Positions 1 through 11,090 of a stretch of 64,000 nt of DNA are shown here, one piece after another. The DNA is taken from NCBI GenBank assembly GCA_946965045.2, contig OX337233.1, forward strand, positions 2,976,001 to 3,040,000, read 5' to 3'. Both the position numbers and the translations under genes were made by a program. The first letter of the stretch is position 1. The number at the start of each line of letters is the position of its first letter. This DNA is from Epithemia pelagica. Lineage: Eukaryota > Protista > Bacillariophyta. The notes beneath the pieces are model-generated. The model was not told where the DNA came from and made no database searches. It saw only the letters and a program-made list of their open reading frames with translations.

Positions 1-51
1 AAAGGGTGATCAATGTACCATAAACCGCTCATACCCCGATTCCTTTTTCAG

Positions 52-1449
52 GGCGTTGGGTGGACTGAAGAAGCGCTCGATAGGTCGTGCATTGCGCTGC
101 CCTGGTTTTTGTACTCAGGGGCAATTCTTATCTATTCAGGTCTGTTTACAAAGCTCTGGCGTGTTCACAAAGTCCTTCAATTTTCACGACGTCGAGTTCC
201 CATTCGACATCTGGTCAAGCCCATGATTGGGATTTTTGTCGCCACGTGCGGCCTGTTGGCGGCGTGGACTGCGGTTGATCCGTTGCTGTGGGAGCGAGAA
301 GAGTCCAACAGCTCTTCCAATCAAAGTGTGGGATTTTGTCGGTCGAACAGTGCTGCTTTTGCAGTGCCGGTGTTTGTTCTGGGATGTGTTCCTACTGTGA
401 TGACCTGCATCATGGCATATAAAACACGTGACGTTGACGCGTCACTTGCAGAGAGCTTTTGGATTTTCACCATGATCCTTGTCCAACTTGAGGCAATTGT
501 GATTGCGACTCCGGTTGTCATTATCCTGAAAGACCAAGCCACAGGAGGAGTACGATATGGTGTTCTTGTCCTGATGATTTCCATTCTTCCATTAAGCACT
601 CTCTCGTTCTTGATGATACCCAAGGTGATCGCTCATCGCAAGTCGTTGGCAGCCAAGGAACGATCGCAAGTGACAAAAACAGACAGTCCAGCTGTGACGG
701 GTACCTCAGAAGAAAAGGCTAACGAGAAGGATTTTCTTGCAAATGGGCATGCCAATGGTCAACCGGAGCATAGCCAACATGGAGAAGAAGCAGAGCAACT
801 CGCTGTGGTGGGTACTTCGGAAGAAAAGGCTAAGGAGCCGAATATGCTTGCTATGGAAACGAACGTCCATTCGAATGGATACACAGAATATAGCCAACAT
901 GGAGAAGTAGCAGAGCAACTCGCTATGGTGAGTACTTCGGAAGAAAATGCTGAGGAGCTGGATATGCTTGCTGCGGAACCGAACGTCCATTCGAATGGAT
1001 ACACAGAACATAGCCAGCATGGAGAAGTAGCAGACCAACTCGCTATGGTGGGTACTTCGGAAGAAAAGGCTACGGAGCCGGATATGCTTGCCATCGACAC
1101 GAATGTTCATTCGAATGGATACACAGAACATGGCCAAAATGATGAATCGCTTGCTGCACTCGATTCGACGGATGAAATTCGCGAAGTTCCCACACATTTC
1201 CAACAAGGAGAAGAATCTACCACACTCGATGCATCGGGTGAAATCGTCGACGGTCCTGGCGATAGTCAGTATGATGAAGAAGTCTCTGCCCCACCGAGTG
1301 AAACAGATCAAATTACCGGCCCTTTGGAGCATAGCCAGCATGGTGAAGTCTCCACACCCGTTGAAGCGGTTCAAATTGTCGACCAACCGATGCAATCTCC
1401 TTTACTCTGTGCAACTGAGGAAATGCATGTCAAGTCAGACAGCAAGTGA
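52..1449 (+). CDS. 3' exon of a class C (GABA-B-like, 7tm_3) GPCR with long acidic repetitive C-tail; 5' part lies outside the window
   Basis: Several hydrophobic helices and motifs LFTKLWRV, DPLLWERE, GFCRS, AYKTRDV..AES typical of 7tm_3; acceptor ttttcag ending at 51 puts the exon start at 52 in frame. Confidence 0.8.
   Translation, partial: GVGWTEEALDRSCIALPWFLYSGAILIYSGLFTKLWRVHKVLQFSRRRVPIRHLVKPMIGIFVATCGLLAAWTAVDPLLWEREESNSSSNQSVGFCRSNSAAFAVPVFVLGCVPTVMTCIMAYKTRDVDASLAESFWIFTMILVQLEAIVIATPVVIILKDQATGGVRYGVLVLMISILPLSTLSFLMIPKVIAHRKSLAAKERSQVTKTDSPAVTGTSEEKANEKDFLANGHANGQPEHSQHGEEAEQLAVVGTSEEKAKEPNMLAMETNVHSNGYTEYSQHGEVAEQLAMVSTSEENAEELDMLAAEPNVHSNGYTEHSQHGEVADQLAMVGTSEEKATEPDMLAIDTNVHSNGYTEHGQNDESLAALDSTDEIREVPTHFQQGEESTTLDASGEIVDGPGDSQYDEEVSAPPSETDQITGPLEHSQHGEVSTPVEAVQIVDQPMQSPLLCATEEMHVKSDSK
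770..1129 (+). repeat. About 3 tandem 120-bp (40-aa) repeats in the GPCR tail
   Basis: Units begin catagccaacatggagaag at 770, tatagccaacatgg at 890 and catagccagcatgg at 1010; peptide HSQHGEVAEQLAMVGTSEEKA..PNML...NVHSNGYTE. Confidence 0.9.
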
Positions 1450-1636
1450 CGACGGGACGTGATGAAAAACAAACAATGGGCCTAAAAGTTCGTGGAGAGT
1501 TACGAGAGTCAAATCTCCACATATACTAGATGCTCGAAGCGAACAGATCGAGAAAGAGAACATTGCTCCTGGCACGACCATTCCTGAGTTGAGCTTTGAC
1601 TTCTGACGGTCCATGTTTGAGAAGGTCTCAAATTCG

Positions 1637-4198
1637 CTAGACAGAAAACAGCGTACGAACTTGCTGCGGGGTATGCCCCAGAAAAGAAACCTCATCGTAT
1701 CCACCAGTGGCGTCATTGACAATGTCCCCGTACATCTCTTCGTACTTTTCACAAAGACGATCGGCAATCTTGGAGCGCACTAACTTTCGGGTAGAAGCAT
1801 CTTTCACAACAGCCTCAAGTGACGGTATCAGGCTGGTACTGTACAACGATTTGTCAAAATCTTGAAAGGCGGCACCCAACGATTCTGCAGATAAACCTGG
1901 ATGGGACATCATCAACCCTGGGTCTGTGCCGCCCGATTGTCTCCATTGCTCCCATGCAGTTGTGACTCTACCCAGGCCACACAGTTGAAAGGCCTTTGAG
2001 GTTTCCTCCTCAATAAGCTTGTCTAACAACGACACTTTGGTTTCATCAATTAGTTTTTCGAGTCGGTCGGCTGCCACGATATCCATAGCCTCTCCTTGAA
2101 CAGATGAAACGGCACTCTTCAGTATGACTGTGTCATCCAGTACGGAACAAAAGGGCAAGGCAGCTTCCACCACTTGTGTCGTAATCCAAGTAGGAGAGAG
2201 AGTAGTTTTGTGTTCTTGATTGTGGCAAGCAACGTCTTGGGCGAATCCAGGGGACGACTGTCGTACGTCGGCGATACGCACAATCAAAGCTTTTGCCAAA
2301 TTGGCCGCCGATTCCCCCGACGACGTCGATAGAGTTCCCAGCGTAGCGCTGTACACACGCACCGTTGCTTCAAATGCCTTGACCCCCTCGTTGAGACAGG
2401 CATTCACGTTCACCAACAACGCGTTACTGATAGGAGACGTAGAAGGGTCTCCAAACTCCTCCGACAGCCCTGCCTTGTGCAATCCACCTTTCTCATCAGC
2501 CTTTTCCAATTTTTGAATCGTCTTCTCCATGGCAGAAAGATAAAAGAGCAAAAGCCCACATATATCATAGAGATTCGTCAGTTTGTTTCGTACACTGGCA
2601 TCTTTTTCTTCAAAATAGTCGTCCAACATGTCGTCATCGCCTTCTCCATCACTATCACCGTCGTTTCCCCCATCATCTCGACTTGACAAAGTGGCAATCA
2701 CGTTGGTGATTCGTGATTTTAGAGGTCTGGCCATACCACTCATGATTGTGGAGAGAATCTCCGATGAAGTCAAAGGCTTTTCTGTTGTATAATCCACAAA
2801 ACCACCATCCATTCCTGCCTGCAAAGGTTCTGAATCATCCTGTTCACCCTCTGTATCCCCTCCATCTTCCTTGTTCTCCTCGCCTTCCTGTTCTTTTTGC
2901 TGTTGGGAGAAATGAACAATGGTCATGGCAACATCGGCTTCCATGCTCAAACTTCGAAAGGCAAATGCAAGCATGTCTCCGACGTAGGCCACCGAATCGT
3001 GGGCCAAACGCTCCAGGGGTGGCATACCATTGTAACCAGACGTCAAGGCCAACAGAAAGATGCGGGTTTCTTCCTGTCGTCTCTTACTTGCAATCAATTC
3101 CAACATGTGGCGATAAAAGGCTGGTACATGCCGAAGCGTGTACAAGGCCGATTGTACAAAGGGATGTTGCAAGGCTTGATCCATCGTGTCCGAATCGGGA
3201 TTGTGGGACGCCTCGTTTTCAAACGCCACTCTCTTGGTCTTATTGTACGGCTGCTGTGACGACGAGGATGTCGATGGAGCAAACAATTGCAAATGCGATT
3301 GCAACCAATGATACAACCGTTCAAAGGCTTGTTCTTGTTTCTGAGCAAGGTGTTCCATCATGCGCATGGCCGAGGAGGCACCCAACGATGACGACGAGGA
3401 ACCACCGGCAAAGTCGTCGCTGGATGCCAAGACTTGACCGCTTCCAAATGTTTTGGACAAGGCCTGTCGAATTTCTTTCACCCTTTCCAAGGCCTTTAAA
3501 AAGGCTGTACCATTGACGGGTGTTCCTCCCTCCATGAGAGATACCTCCAAATCATCAAAATTGTAATGATCGAGTAAACGAGAATCTTGTTCCGACAAAT
3601 CAAATGTTTCCATGAACTGGTGCACTGCCTTTAAGCGTTCTTGAGCGAGGTTGCGTTTGGTAAAGGCTTCTGCTAGAGTGGTGGCTAGTTGCTCTTCATC
3701 TTGTTGTTGGGGATTGGCAAGACCAGCACCACTGGAAGCAGTGCTGGTACTACCACCCTTATCGAGGAGCGAGTTTGATCCAGTCTTTGCCGCAGTGGTT
3801 CCACCATAGGACTTGATCATGACAGGAGCATGAATGGATTGTTTGACTTGATGTGCAATTTGTGCCGTTTGAGCAATGCCTTGCCTCAATTCCTGCAAGG
3901 TATCGCACAGCGAGGACAATTCACTCCGCAACGACAAGGCTTGTTGCAAGGCATCGTATTCAATGGCATGTCGTACGCTACGAGCATCCAAGGCAAAGTC
4001 GGTCGATTTCGAATGCGTGGAGGAGGACGCCAATTGACCCAAGGCTTCCAGGGCTGTCTTCATGGCGGATGTATTGGTTTGGATCTGAAGCGCACGTTGA
4101 ACCTTTTCGCTGAGAATCGATGCCGAGGAGGAGGACGATGACGGAACAGCCGAAGCCGTCGTCGAGTGGCCACTTGTTTCAGAGATGGGCTCCTCCAT
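1637..4198 (-). CDS. COG6: Conserved oligomeric Golgi complex subunit 6
   Basis: Long ORF; motifs DARSVRHAIEYD, FERLYHWLQ, LERLAHDSVAYVGDMLAF match COG6 (AHDPLRYVGDMLAW); likely ATG at 4198 (MEEPISE). Confidence 0.8.
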   Translation of the reverse strand: MEEPISETSGHSTTASAVPSSSSSSASILSEKVQRALQIQTNTSAMKTALEALGQLASSSTHSKSTDFALDARSVRHAIEYDALQQALSLRSELSSLCDTLQELRQGIAQTAQIAHQVKQSIHAPVMIKSYGGTTAAKTGSNSLLDKGGSTSTASSGAGLANPQQQDEEQLATTLAEAFTKRNLAQERLKAVHQFMETFDLSEQDSRLLDHYNFDDLEVSLMEGGTPVNGTAFLKALERVKEIRQALSKTFGSGQVLASSDDFAGGSSSSSLGASSAMRMMEHLAQKQEQAFERLYHWLQSHLQLFAPSTSSSSQQPYNKTKRVAFENEASHNPDSDTMDQALQHPFVQSALYTLRHVPAFYRHMLELIASKRRQEETRIFLLALTSGYNGMPPLERLAHDSVAYVGDMLAFAFRSLSMEADVAMTIVHFSQQQKEQEGEENKEDGGDTEGEQDDSEPLQAGMDGGFVDYTTEKPLTSSEILSTIMSGMARPLKSRITNVIATLSSRDDGGNDGDSDGEGDDDMLDDYFEEKDASVRNKLTNLYDICGLLLFYLSAMEKTIQKLEKADEKGGLHKAGLSEEFGDPSTSPISNALLVNVNACLNEGVKAFEATVRVYSATLGTLSTSSGESAANLAKALIVRIADVRQSSPGFAQDVACHNQEHKTTLSPTWITTQVVEAALPFCSVLDDTVILKSAVSSVQGEAMDIVAADRLEKLIDETKVSLLDKLIEEETSKAFQLCGLGRVTTAWEQWRQSGGTDPGLMMSHPGLSAESLGAAFQDFDKSLYSTSLIPSLEAVVKDASTRKLVRSKIADRLCEKYEEMYGDIVNDATGGYDEVSFLGHTPQQVRTLFSV

Positions 4199-4533
4199 TG
4201 TGGCAGAGATGATGGACTCTTTGGCTAACGCAAGATAGATCGTCGTCTCCTTTTGTGGGTTGTTGCAAAACGGTCTGTGCCAAAAAGAGACATTAGACAT
4301 ATCAGCGACCAAAAAGCGATGATGATACTTAGGTGATCTCCGATATCGAATAGAGAGACTGCGACTCTCCGAACCATCCCTCGTTCTCTTCTTGATACGT
4401 AACTTGGGCAATGCTTAGTGGACCATTCTAACCTACGAATTGCCTCGGAAGACTGTCGGCGACAAACATGAATTTAACATTGTCTACATACTTTATGGTA
4501 TCTCCTCTTTTTCTGTTAGCAAATGGATTGTCC

Positions 4534-6048
4534 TCAAAGTCGTAAATCGCCCGTGAATTGCCAGACCATCACGTTGCCGTCGTTTCCTCCACTGTAAAAG
4601 GTTGCCGAGGGTCCCGGCGTAATGGCCTTGACGGCACCGGAATGTCCGGCCGTGTACTTTTGTGTCAGAATAAATAACAATTGAAAGGCCGGTGTCGTTT
4701 GTGTTTGAATCAAATTGCGACAGGCAATGTTCCCCGATTCCAACCCAATCAGCAAGACTTGAGGTGCTGCGTTGGCATCGTCGGGTGGAGGTACCCCCGG
4801 TTGTGGGGGTGGTGGTTGTTGTTGAGGTGCGGCAGCCCGTGCCAAGGTCATGGTGACCACTCGTTCGGTATGCGATTCATTGGCCACACAGGTACCTGTA
4901 TTGGCATCCCAGGCTTTTACGGATCCATCGAGCGATGCGCTCAAAATAAATGTTCCCGCAGGAGAGGGAAAGGCAAGTAGGGAGGTGACGGCACTTGTAT
5001 GTCCCACTCCTTGTGGATTGCCGGGGTTGTTGTTGTTGGGGGTATTATTGTTGGGTAGTTGACCCGGCGTATCACGTGTGATACAGTATTGACAGGCTTT
5101 TTCGGGTACCGTTTGCGTCAAATCCCATATGCGTATCGACCCATCTGTGCTGCTGGACCACAGCAATCGACCCCCTGGAATAAGGACCAAACCGGTCACT
5201 TCTCGTGCATGCCCTGGCAATGTTCGTACCAATGTAAATTTGCCTTCGGGCAAGGCTAAGGTCCACAATCGAATACTACCATCGCGAGCGCCCGTGGCCA
5301 CAATCACATTATTGCCGCTACTACCGTTGGTAGCAGCAGCACCATCTGCGCCATCGCCACTGCTCATGGCCATGGCCGTGACGGATTGATTGTGTGCATA
5401 AGGGAGTTGTTGGGGATCCATTTGCAGCTCCAGAGGTTGCGCTGTATTTTGTAAATTCCAGGCATTCACCATACCAACAGGGACATCAGGGACCTGTTTG
5501 CAAACAGCTTCGTATCCACAATACAGGAAGGAATTTTGAAACACTTGTAGGCACTCGACCTTGCCCTTCATGCTAGTTTCGGCCTGTTTGTTGAAAGCGC
5601 CATTGGCAGTATTCCACATACGCCAATAACCATCGTGACTACCTGTAAAAATCTGAATGGCGCCATTCAGATCCCAAATGGCCACAGAACTGACGGCTGC
5701 CTTTTGCGAATTGTTCTGATTGTTATTGTATCGATTGTTGTGGTGATTGTTGGTCTGGACAAAGGAGGAGGCATCAAATACTTTGTGCAATGTGACAAAA
5801 TGACCGAATTTGCAGGATTGTCCATGAGGGCAATTTCCTGTGGTTGTATAGGCATGACAGGGATTGTGGAGAGGACTCCCCGTTCCTCCCTGACCTTGAC
5901 CTCCTCGACCACCACCGCCGCCGCCACGTCCTCGTCCACCTCCTCCGCGTCCGCCACCACCTCCGCCTCCTCGGTAATTTGGATTTCGTCCGCCACCACG
6001 GCCTCCACCTCGTCCGCCACCACCTCCGCCTCGGTAGTTGTTGGACAT
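4534..6048 (-). CDS. RGG-rich / CCCH zinc finger / WD40-repeat protein (ZFWD-like)
   Basis: N-terminal RGG tracts, C-x7-C-x5-C-x3-H (CHAYTTTGNCPHGQSCKFGH), repeated WD motifs (TGSHDGYWRMW, DGSIRLW, DGSIRIWD, DGSVKAWD). Confidence 0.85.
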   Translation of the reverse strand: MSNNYRGGGGGGRGGGRGGGRNPNYRGGGGGGGRGGGGRGRGGGGGGRGGQGQGGTGSPLHNPCHAYTTTGNCPHGQSCKFGHFVTLHKVFDASSFVQTNNHHNNRYNNNQNNSQKAAVSSVAIWDLNGAIQIFTGSHDGYWRMWNTANGAFNKQAETSMKGKVECLQVFQNSFLYCGYEAVCKQVPDVPVGMVNAWNLQNTAQPLELQMDPQQLPYAHNQSVTAMAMSSGDGADGAAATNGSSGNNVIVATGARDGSIRLWTLALPEGKFTLVRTLPGHAREVTGLVLIPGGRLLWSSSTDGSIRIWDLTQTVPEKACQYCITRDTPGQLPNNNTPNNNNPGNPQGVGHTSAVTSLLAFPSPAGTFILSASLDGSVKAWDANTGTCVANESHTERVVTMTLARAAAPQQQPPPPQPGVPPPDDANAAPQVLLIGLESGNIACRNLIQTQTTPAFQLLFILTQKYTAGHSGAVKAITPGPSATFYSGGNDGNVMVWQFTGDLRL

Positions 6049-6702
6049 TTTTCTTGTCTCTTTTCCCCTCTGTTTCTACCGAATCGGCTCCTGTTTTCTG
6101 CTTTTGAAGAAACTCTCCAGTTCTTTCACACTTAGTTTCTTTAATCTTTTGTGTTCAATTTTAGGAACAATCGTTCGTATAAGCCTTCATTGAGGATCAT
6201 CATCAAGATCGATGAAACGATATAACTCTCGAACACTATTTTTCCTCGTACCTAAAGCAGCAGTTGATGATGGATCTGCGGGTTCTTCCAACAAGCTGGC
6301 CCTGCGAATAATGGGACGAATTCTCTTATGAATATTCCTTCAACGTCTTCAATCTCTCCAAAAGAAAGCGTCTTGTTGTTTCTATTCTACTGTCGTTTCA
6401 ATCCCAAACCATCCTTTGTGCAGTCTTTTTCACCTCTCGGCATCGTGGGTCTGTTGTGTCTGTGGGTGCCCACGTCTTGCCGCCGCCGCCCCAAAAAGAA
6501 GGCGGACGACGGAAAGATCCATGGAAAAATCGAAAATAGGTTAAAATGCTCCGATATTTTAGTAGTATCTGGTAAAATGGAAAAGATTTCTGTGTGCGCG
6601 CAACACTATGTTTTTGTTGATGAGAAAGAGCTCCGACACACCAGGACCATGACGACAAACGCTATACCATCTACAATGCCTTGATTCAAAACTCCTCCAA
6701 CC

Positions 6703-7332
6703 ATGGAAGTAAGGGCAAAGGTGCCAAAACAGAGGCAGGCTCCTTTGTCGCCACTCGATATTGGAAAACTATGGATGCTACCGGAACAAGTCCCGCATAG
6801 CTTTTGGCGTTCCAATCCGTGGATAGCAAAGATGCGACGCATCAACAAAGTAAGATACAAAGGCAAGGTGGACTCAAGATGGAGCAAGCTGTTACTGGGA
6901 CTGGTTGTCAATATTGCTGAAGCCGCAATAGATCGTCTGTCCCCGTTGGGTGGAGTTTTATTTCAAGGTGACGAAAATCAATCCACACACGAACTTATGG
7001 AGGTTTTCCTTTCGGCAATCATCATTCAAATGAGATCATCAACCGTAAAGAAAAGGCTCCATTCTGGCTCAGCAGAATCGCGCAAACATGTGCCACGAAA
7101 GATATATGGAGAATTGATGGACACAGATTCCTTCCCGGCATCATTGGTAGTACGTTTGGACATGCATCGGACAGTACTGTATGTTGAGAAGATATTGCGG
7201 ACTCCGATGGGACAAACCTGCCTTGTACCAGGTAGATCTCACCACGTGGATATGACCAATCAAACGCCAATCACAGAAAAGCCGGGTAGCCGCTGCTCAA
7301 CGTGGAACTCTTCCACAGGCATCGGAAATTAA
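6703..7332 (+). CDS. Hypothetical ORF, possibly non-coding or degraded
   Basis: 209-aa ORF with no recognised motif; overlaps the 3' end of the M16 gene by 36 bp. Confidence 0.2.
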   Translation: MEVRAKVPKQRQAPLSPLDIGKLWMLPEQVPHSFWRSNPWIAKMRRINKVRYKGKVDSRWSKLLLGLVVNIAEAAIDRLSPLGGVLFQGDENQSTHELMEVFLSAIIIQMRSSTVKKRLHSGSAESRKHVPRKIYGELMDTDSFPASLVVRLDMHRTVLYVEKILRTPMGQTCLVPGRSHHVDMTNQTPITEKPGSRCSTWNSSTGIGN

Positions 7333-10300
7333 CGGTACACCCGCAATTCCACAAGGTGAGCCAAATCGCGGTTTCCAAACAGGCTGGTACACCAGATCCT
7401 CAATGTCGGGAAAGGCCGATGTGACCAATATCCGGCGTTTGTTCCCGATTCCCCGTTTTTGGAAAATGTCCCTCACATCTTGGGCCAGATCACTCACTTC
7501 CTGGGGCAACAAGTCGCCTTGGGCAAAACAAAGGGCGCCCTCCACGGACTGAAAAAACAACTGACCCTCCACGGCAGCTTCATGGGCCGTGGACCGTCGA
7601 ACACTGGATATCAACGTGCGTTTCCGTAGGGGTGACATGCCCCGCGCCAGTTTAATGTCTGTCATGGCCGCCGTGGTAATGGCGCGAGGAAACAGTTCCG
7701 GACCTCGCAACAGGACACTGGCATGTTCCGTGAGTCGTCGACACAATCGTCGTGTGTAGGAACCAATGTTGGGGCTCAAGCCCAAGACAGCAATCCTCAT
7801 ACCGTACTTGTTGTACGAAATATCATGGGCCAACCCGGCGGGCGCTCCAAGTTCACCCAAATCGGTCAAGGCACTTTCAAAGGACATTTTGAACAACTCT
7901 CCTTGTGCTGCTTGTCGTAGCCCGGCCCTGGCGGGTCGTGACGAGAGAAGCTCCACCACAAAAATGCATCGGCACGTGGGCTCGGGAGGACCTCGGGGAG
8001 TGGGGAACAGCGCTTTGTTGTTGTGGGGGAACCCCACAAACCAATTCTTGGTGTGGAGTTTCCCGGTGGCGTCATTGGTGGTGGACGGAAGCTCTTGAAA
8101 GGTGCTGCTGGATGCTGCGTCACCACTGGGAGCTACCGGGATTCGCGGTGGTCGAATGGACAGTGGAATGAGGGTATTCAACACGGGACGCAAAAGTTCT
8201 TCTCGGTCCACGACCCGCGTCAACACCAATTCTTCGATTCGCGACGCCAAACCAAGCATGTCTTCGTACAGGAAGCGTCCTCCGGTGGTGGGTTCGGTGA
8301 GCCATTTTTTGGAAAATGCCATGGGCAACTTGGCGTGCGATGCAGTCGATGGTCCCGCCGTGACGATCACGACGGCCGCATCCGGATTGCTCATGAGTTC
8401 CAAGGTTTGGGACAAGCTTTGGCACAGCGTCCGCATGGCCGTACGGTCCTCCGGTGAGGGGAAGCGATACCAATTACCAGTTCCAATCGATGCCACTTGT
8501 GGAACGCCATAGAGTTGCGCGTCTTGGGCCAATTCAATCACGTCCGGTGGACGGTTGGCGAGCGTATATCCAAAGAGTTTGGCCACGGATGCCCACGAGG
8601 TGACAACCACCCGTGGTACCGCAAAGGACGTTCCGACGCGCAAGGCATCCAAACTGTCCAGGATGGCGACCACCACGGCCGAACGGTTCAAGAACCCGTC
8701 CAAGGTTAAGCGGAGTTCCAGTTTGAGCAATTGAAAGCCGGAAACGTCCACGGGGACCGTGAATCGGGGGACACTGCCCGAGGCAATCCACCCGCGTCGA
8801 AGAAGAAAGAGGTAGAGACTCCCCGTGCCTTTTCGTCCCAAAGTTTGCGAGAGCAAAAAGGCCATTTGCGTCCCCGTGACCATGGACTCTCCCGTGGTTC
8901 TCGTCGTCGTCGTCGTCACGCTGGTATAGTCAAAGTTGGTGATCCATTCCATGGTGAGCATTTCACTGGTAGCGGCCATCCTTTTGGGAGGAGAAGAGGT
9001 GGAGGAGGAAAGCCCTGGTATATTAGGATTTAAGGCAGACGGTGGTGGTGGTGGTTCCTGTTGTTTTCGTGCCAATACCATTTGCTTGAGACGATGACCA
9101 CCCTGTAAAAATCGACCGGGATAGGACCGTGGTGGCGACCCGAACCGTTCCGCGTTGCCACGAGGTGGCGGCGACGACACGGAGAGTGTCGAGGCAAAGG
9201 GACTGACCCATCGTGCCAAGGTTTGCAAACTTTGGGTCCCCACCACCACCAAGGTGGCTTGGCTCGGTTGATACCATTGGTCAAAAAATTGCAGCAATCG
9301 TTCCGACACGGAAATGCCCTGGGCTCGGGGAATTTGTTCCAAACTGGCCCGATTGCCCAAGCCAAATCGAGCATAGGGATGTTCGGGGTTGACAAAATCC
9401 TTGGTCAAAAAGTAGGCTTGGGTCGTGACTTGATCCACATCCAATTCACTGTCCACCCGCGACACTTCGCGTCGTAATACGGGGGCATTGAAACAGCCCC
9501 GTTCGACATGGTTCCGGACCAACAAACTGGCCAACAATTCCAACGTTTCTTGCAAGTACACTTGGCCGACAGACACATGAAAACACACATTGTCGTAGGC
9601 CGTGTACCCATTGGACCAGCCGTCTCGATCACTCAACCAATCTTCCAACTCTTGCGGAGGACGATTGTTGTTATTGTTGGTGGTGGTGCCGTGTCGGAGC
9701 GGCGCTCCCAAAATCATGTGTTCCATCAAATGGGCCAATCCGGGTAGATCGAGGGGATCGGAAAATTGTCCGGCCCCGCCAATGGTCAAGGCAGCCGACG
9801 CCATGGACAGGGCACGTTGGTCGCGGACCAAAATGACGGGCAGTCCATTGGACAAGACCAACGTCTTGTACTGACGGACCGAGGAAAAGGGCGGTACCTC
9901 CTCCTGTTCCCTGTGGGCCGCGGTGGACCCGTCCGTGGGTGAGGAGGACGAGGACGATGCGGTTTTGTCTCGTTGTTGTTGTTGTTGAATCCAGCCGGCA
10001 TGGGCCTCCAAGGGATGCAGTCCCAGTGCTGCCGCAGCAGTCGCAGCGGTCGAACTCACAAAGGTACGACGATTCAGGCTGGGGCCCTCATTCACGTCGT
10101 TCAACGACGTGGCCTTTGGGCTGGCAGGAGGATTTCTAGAATTGGACGAGTCGTCGTCGTCGAGTTTTTCGTCATCATCCTTCTTTGACAACAAGGACCA
10201 CTGGACTCTTTTTCGGTTCCCTGTTCGTGTTGTTCGTGTTCTTGTGGGTGCCACCCATTGGTCTTGTCGTCTTGCACCGGATATTCCTTGAGACGCTACC

Positions 10301-10530
10301 ACCACACAAGAAGGACGGTGGAGCGAGACGACACCAAGGGTTCCAGCACAAGACGACGAAGAGGAGCACCATGCAGCGGCAATTGTCAAGGATGGCAGGA
10401 TCCACCCGACAATCGCGAATCGGACCACCAACACCGTCCACCACCGTGGTGATGGCTTCCAGTCACCACGACCGGCCAACACTCGCTTGTGACAGACCCG
10501 TATCTGTATCCCCATCCTCCTCCTCGTCAT
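7297..10530 (-). CDS. M16 (insulinase-like) metallopeptidase with plastid presequence and twin-arginine lumen signal
   Basis: Inverted zinc motif HLMEH, NGYT, REVSRVDSE, HPYARFGLGN; signal peptide at N-terminus and NRRTF..AAAALGLHPLEAHA. Confidence 0.85.
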   Translation of the reverse strand: MTRRRMGIQIRVCHKRVLAGRGDWKPSPRWWTVLVVRFAIVGWILPSLTIAAAWCSSSSSCAGTLGVVSLHRPSCVVVASQGISGARRQDQWVAPTRTRTTRTGNRKRVQWSLLSKKDDDEKLDDDDSSNSRNPPASPKATSLNDVNEGPSLNRRTFVSSTAATAAAALGLHPLEAHAGWIQQQQQRDKTASSSSSSPTDGSTAAHREQEEVPPFSSVRQYKTLVLSNGLPVILVRDQRALSMASAALTIGGAGQFSDPLDLPGLAHLMEHMILGAPLRHGTTTNNNNNRPPQELEDWLSDRDGWSNGYTAYDNVCFHVSVGQVYLQETLELLASLLVRNHVERGCFNAPVLRREVSRVDSELDVDQVTTQAYFLTKDFVNPEHPYARFGLGNRASLEQIPRAQGISVSERLLQFFDQWYQPSQATLVVVGTQSLQTLARWVSPFASTLSVSSPPPRGNAERFGSPPRSYPGRFLQGGHRLKQMVLARKQQEPPPPPSALNPNIPGLSSSTSSPPKRMAATSEMLTMEWITNFDYTSVTTTTTRTTGESMVTGTQMAFLLSQTLGRKGTGSLYLFLLRRGWIASGSVPRFTVPVDVSGFQLLKLELRLTLDGFLNRSAVVVAILDSLDALRVGTSFAVPRVVVTSWASVAKLFGYTLANRPPDVIELAQDAQLYGVPQVASIGTGNWYRFPSPEDRTAMRTLCQSLSQTLELMSNPDAAVVIVTAGPSTASHAKLPMAFSKKWLTEPTTGGRFLYEDMLGLASRIEELVLTRVVDREELLRPVLNTLIPLSIRPPRIPVAPSGDAASSSTFQELPSTTNDATGKLHTKNWFVGFPHNNKALFPTPRGPPEPTCRCIFVVELLSSRPARAGLRQAAQGELFKMSFESALTDLGELGAPAGLAHDISYNKYGMRIAVLGLSPNIGSYTRRLCRRLTEHASVLLRGPELFPRAITTAAMTDIKLARGMSPLRKRTLISSVRRSTAHEAAVEGQLFFQSVEGALCFAQGDLLPQEVSDLAQDVRDIFQKRGIGNKRRILVTSAFPDIEDLVYQPVWKPRFGSPCGIAGVPLISDACGRVPR

Positions 10531-11090
10531 GAAGAATAGACTGACAGTGGCAAACCCGTAGACCCAGTCTTCTTCTTCTAGGGTTCAAAACAGAATAGCC
10601 TCCAGTGGTTCTCTACTGACTGTAGTATTGTCTCTCCTGTGGTTGTTCTTCTTCGCTCTTTCCTTCCTTGTCCTTGCTGTGGTCATGATGCTTGTTCGGC
10701 CGCCATGATATACTCCTCATTCCATTCTAGGCATGGAGTTGCATTTGTGGACAAACATTCGCACGCGCCCCCCACACGACGACAACACTTCCGAACGACC
10801 CCAAATCTTCAAAGCGCAAAGATCGGGACACGTAGCCGGATTGGGGTGACCTTAGCGCGACCCTATGGCGACCTCATCATTCTTCGGATTCTTCGTCCGT
10901 CTTCGTTGTTTGACAACCGAGAAATGATTCGATCACACATTCAACAAGATCTTCAAGCTACCAGCGTCATATCTCAAAGAGAGATTCGTCGTTGACAAAG
11001 AGAAGGGTTATTGACACTCTCCGCGTACGATCGATCGTATTACCAACACGAATTTCAACCTCTCGTTCCATACTACTCTTGTGTTCAACC

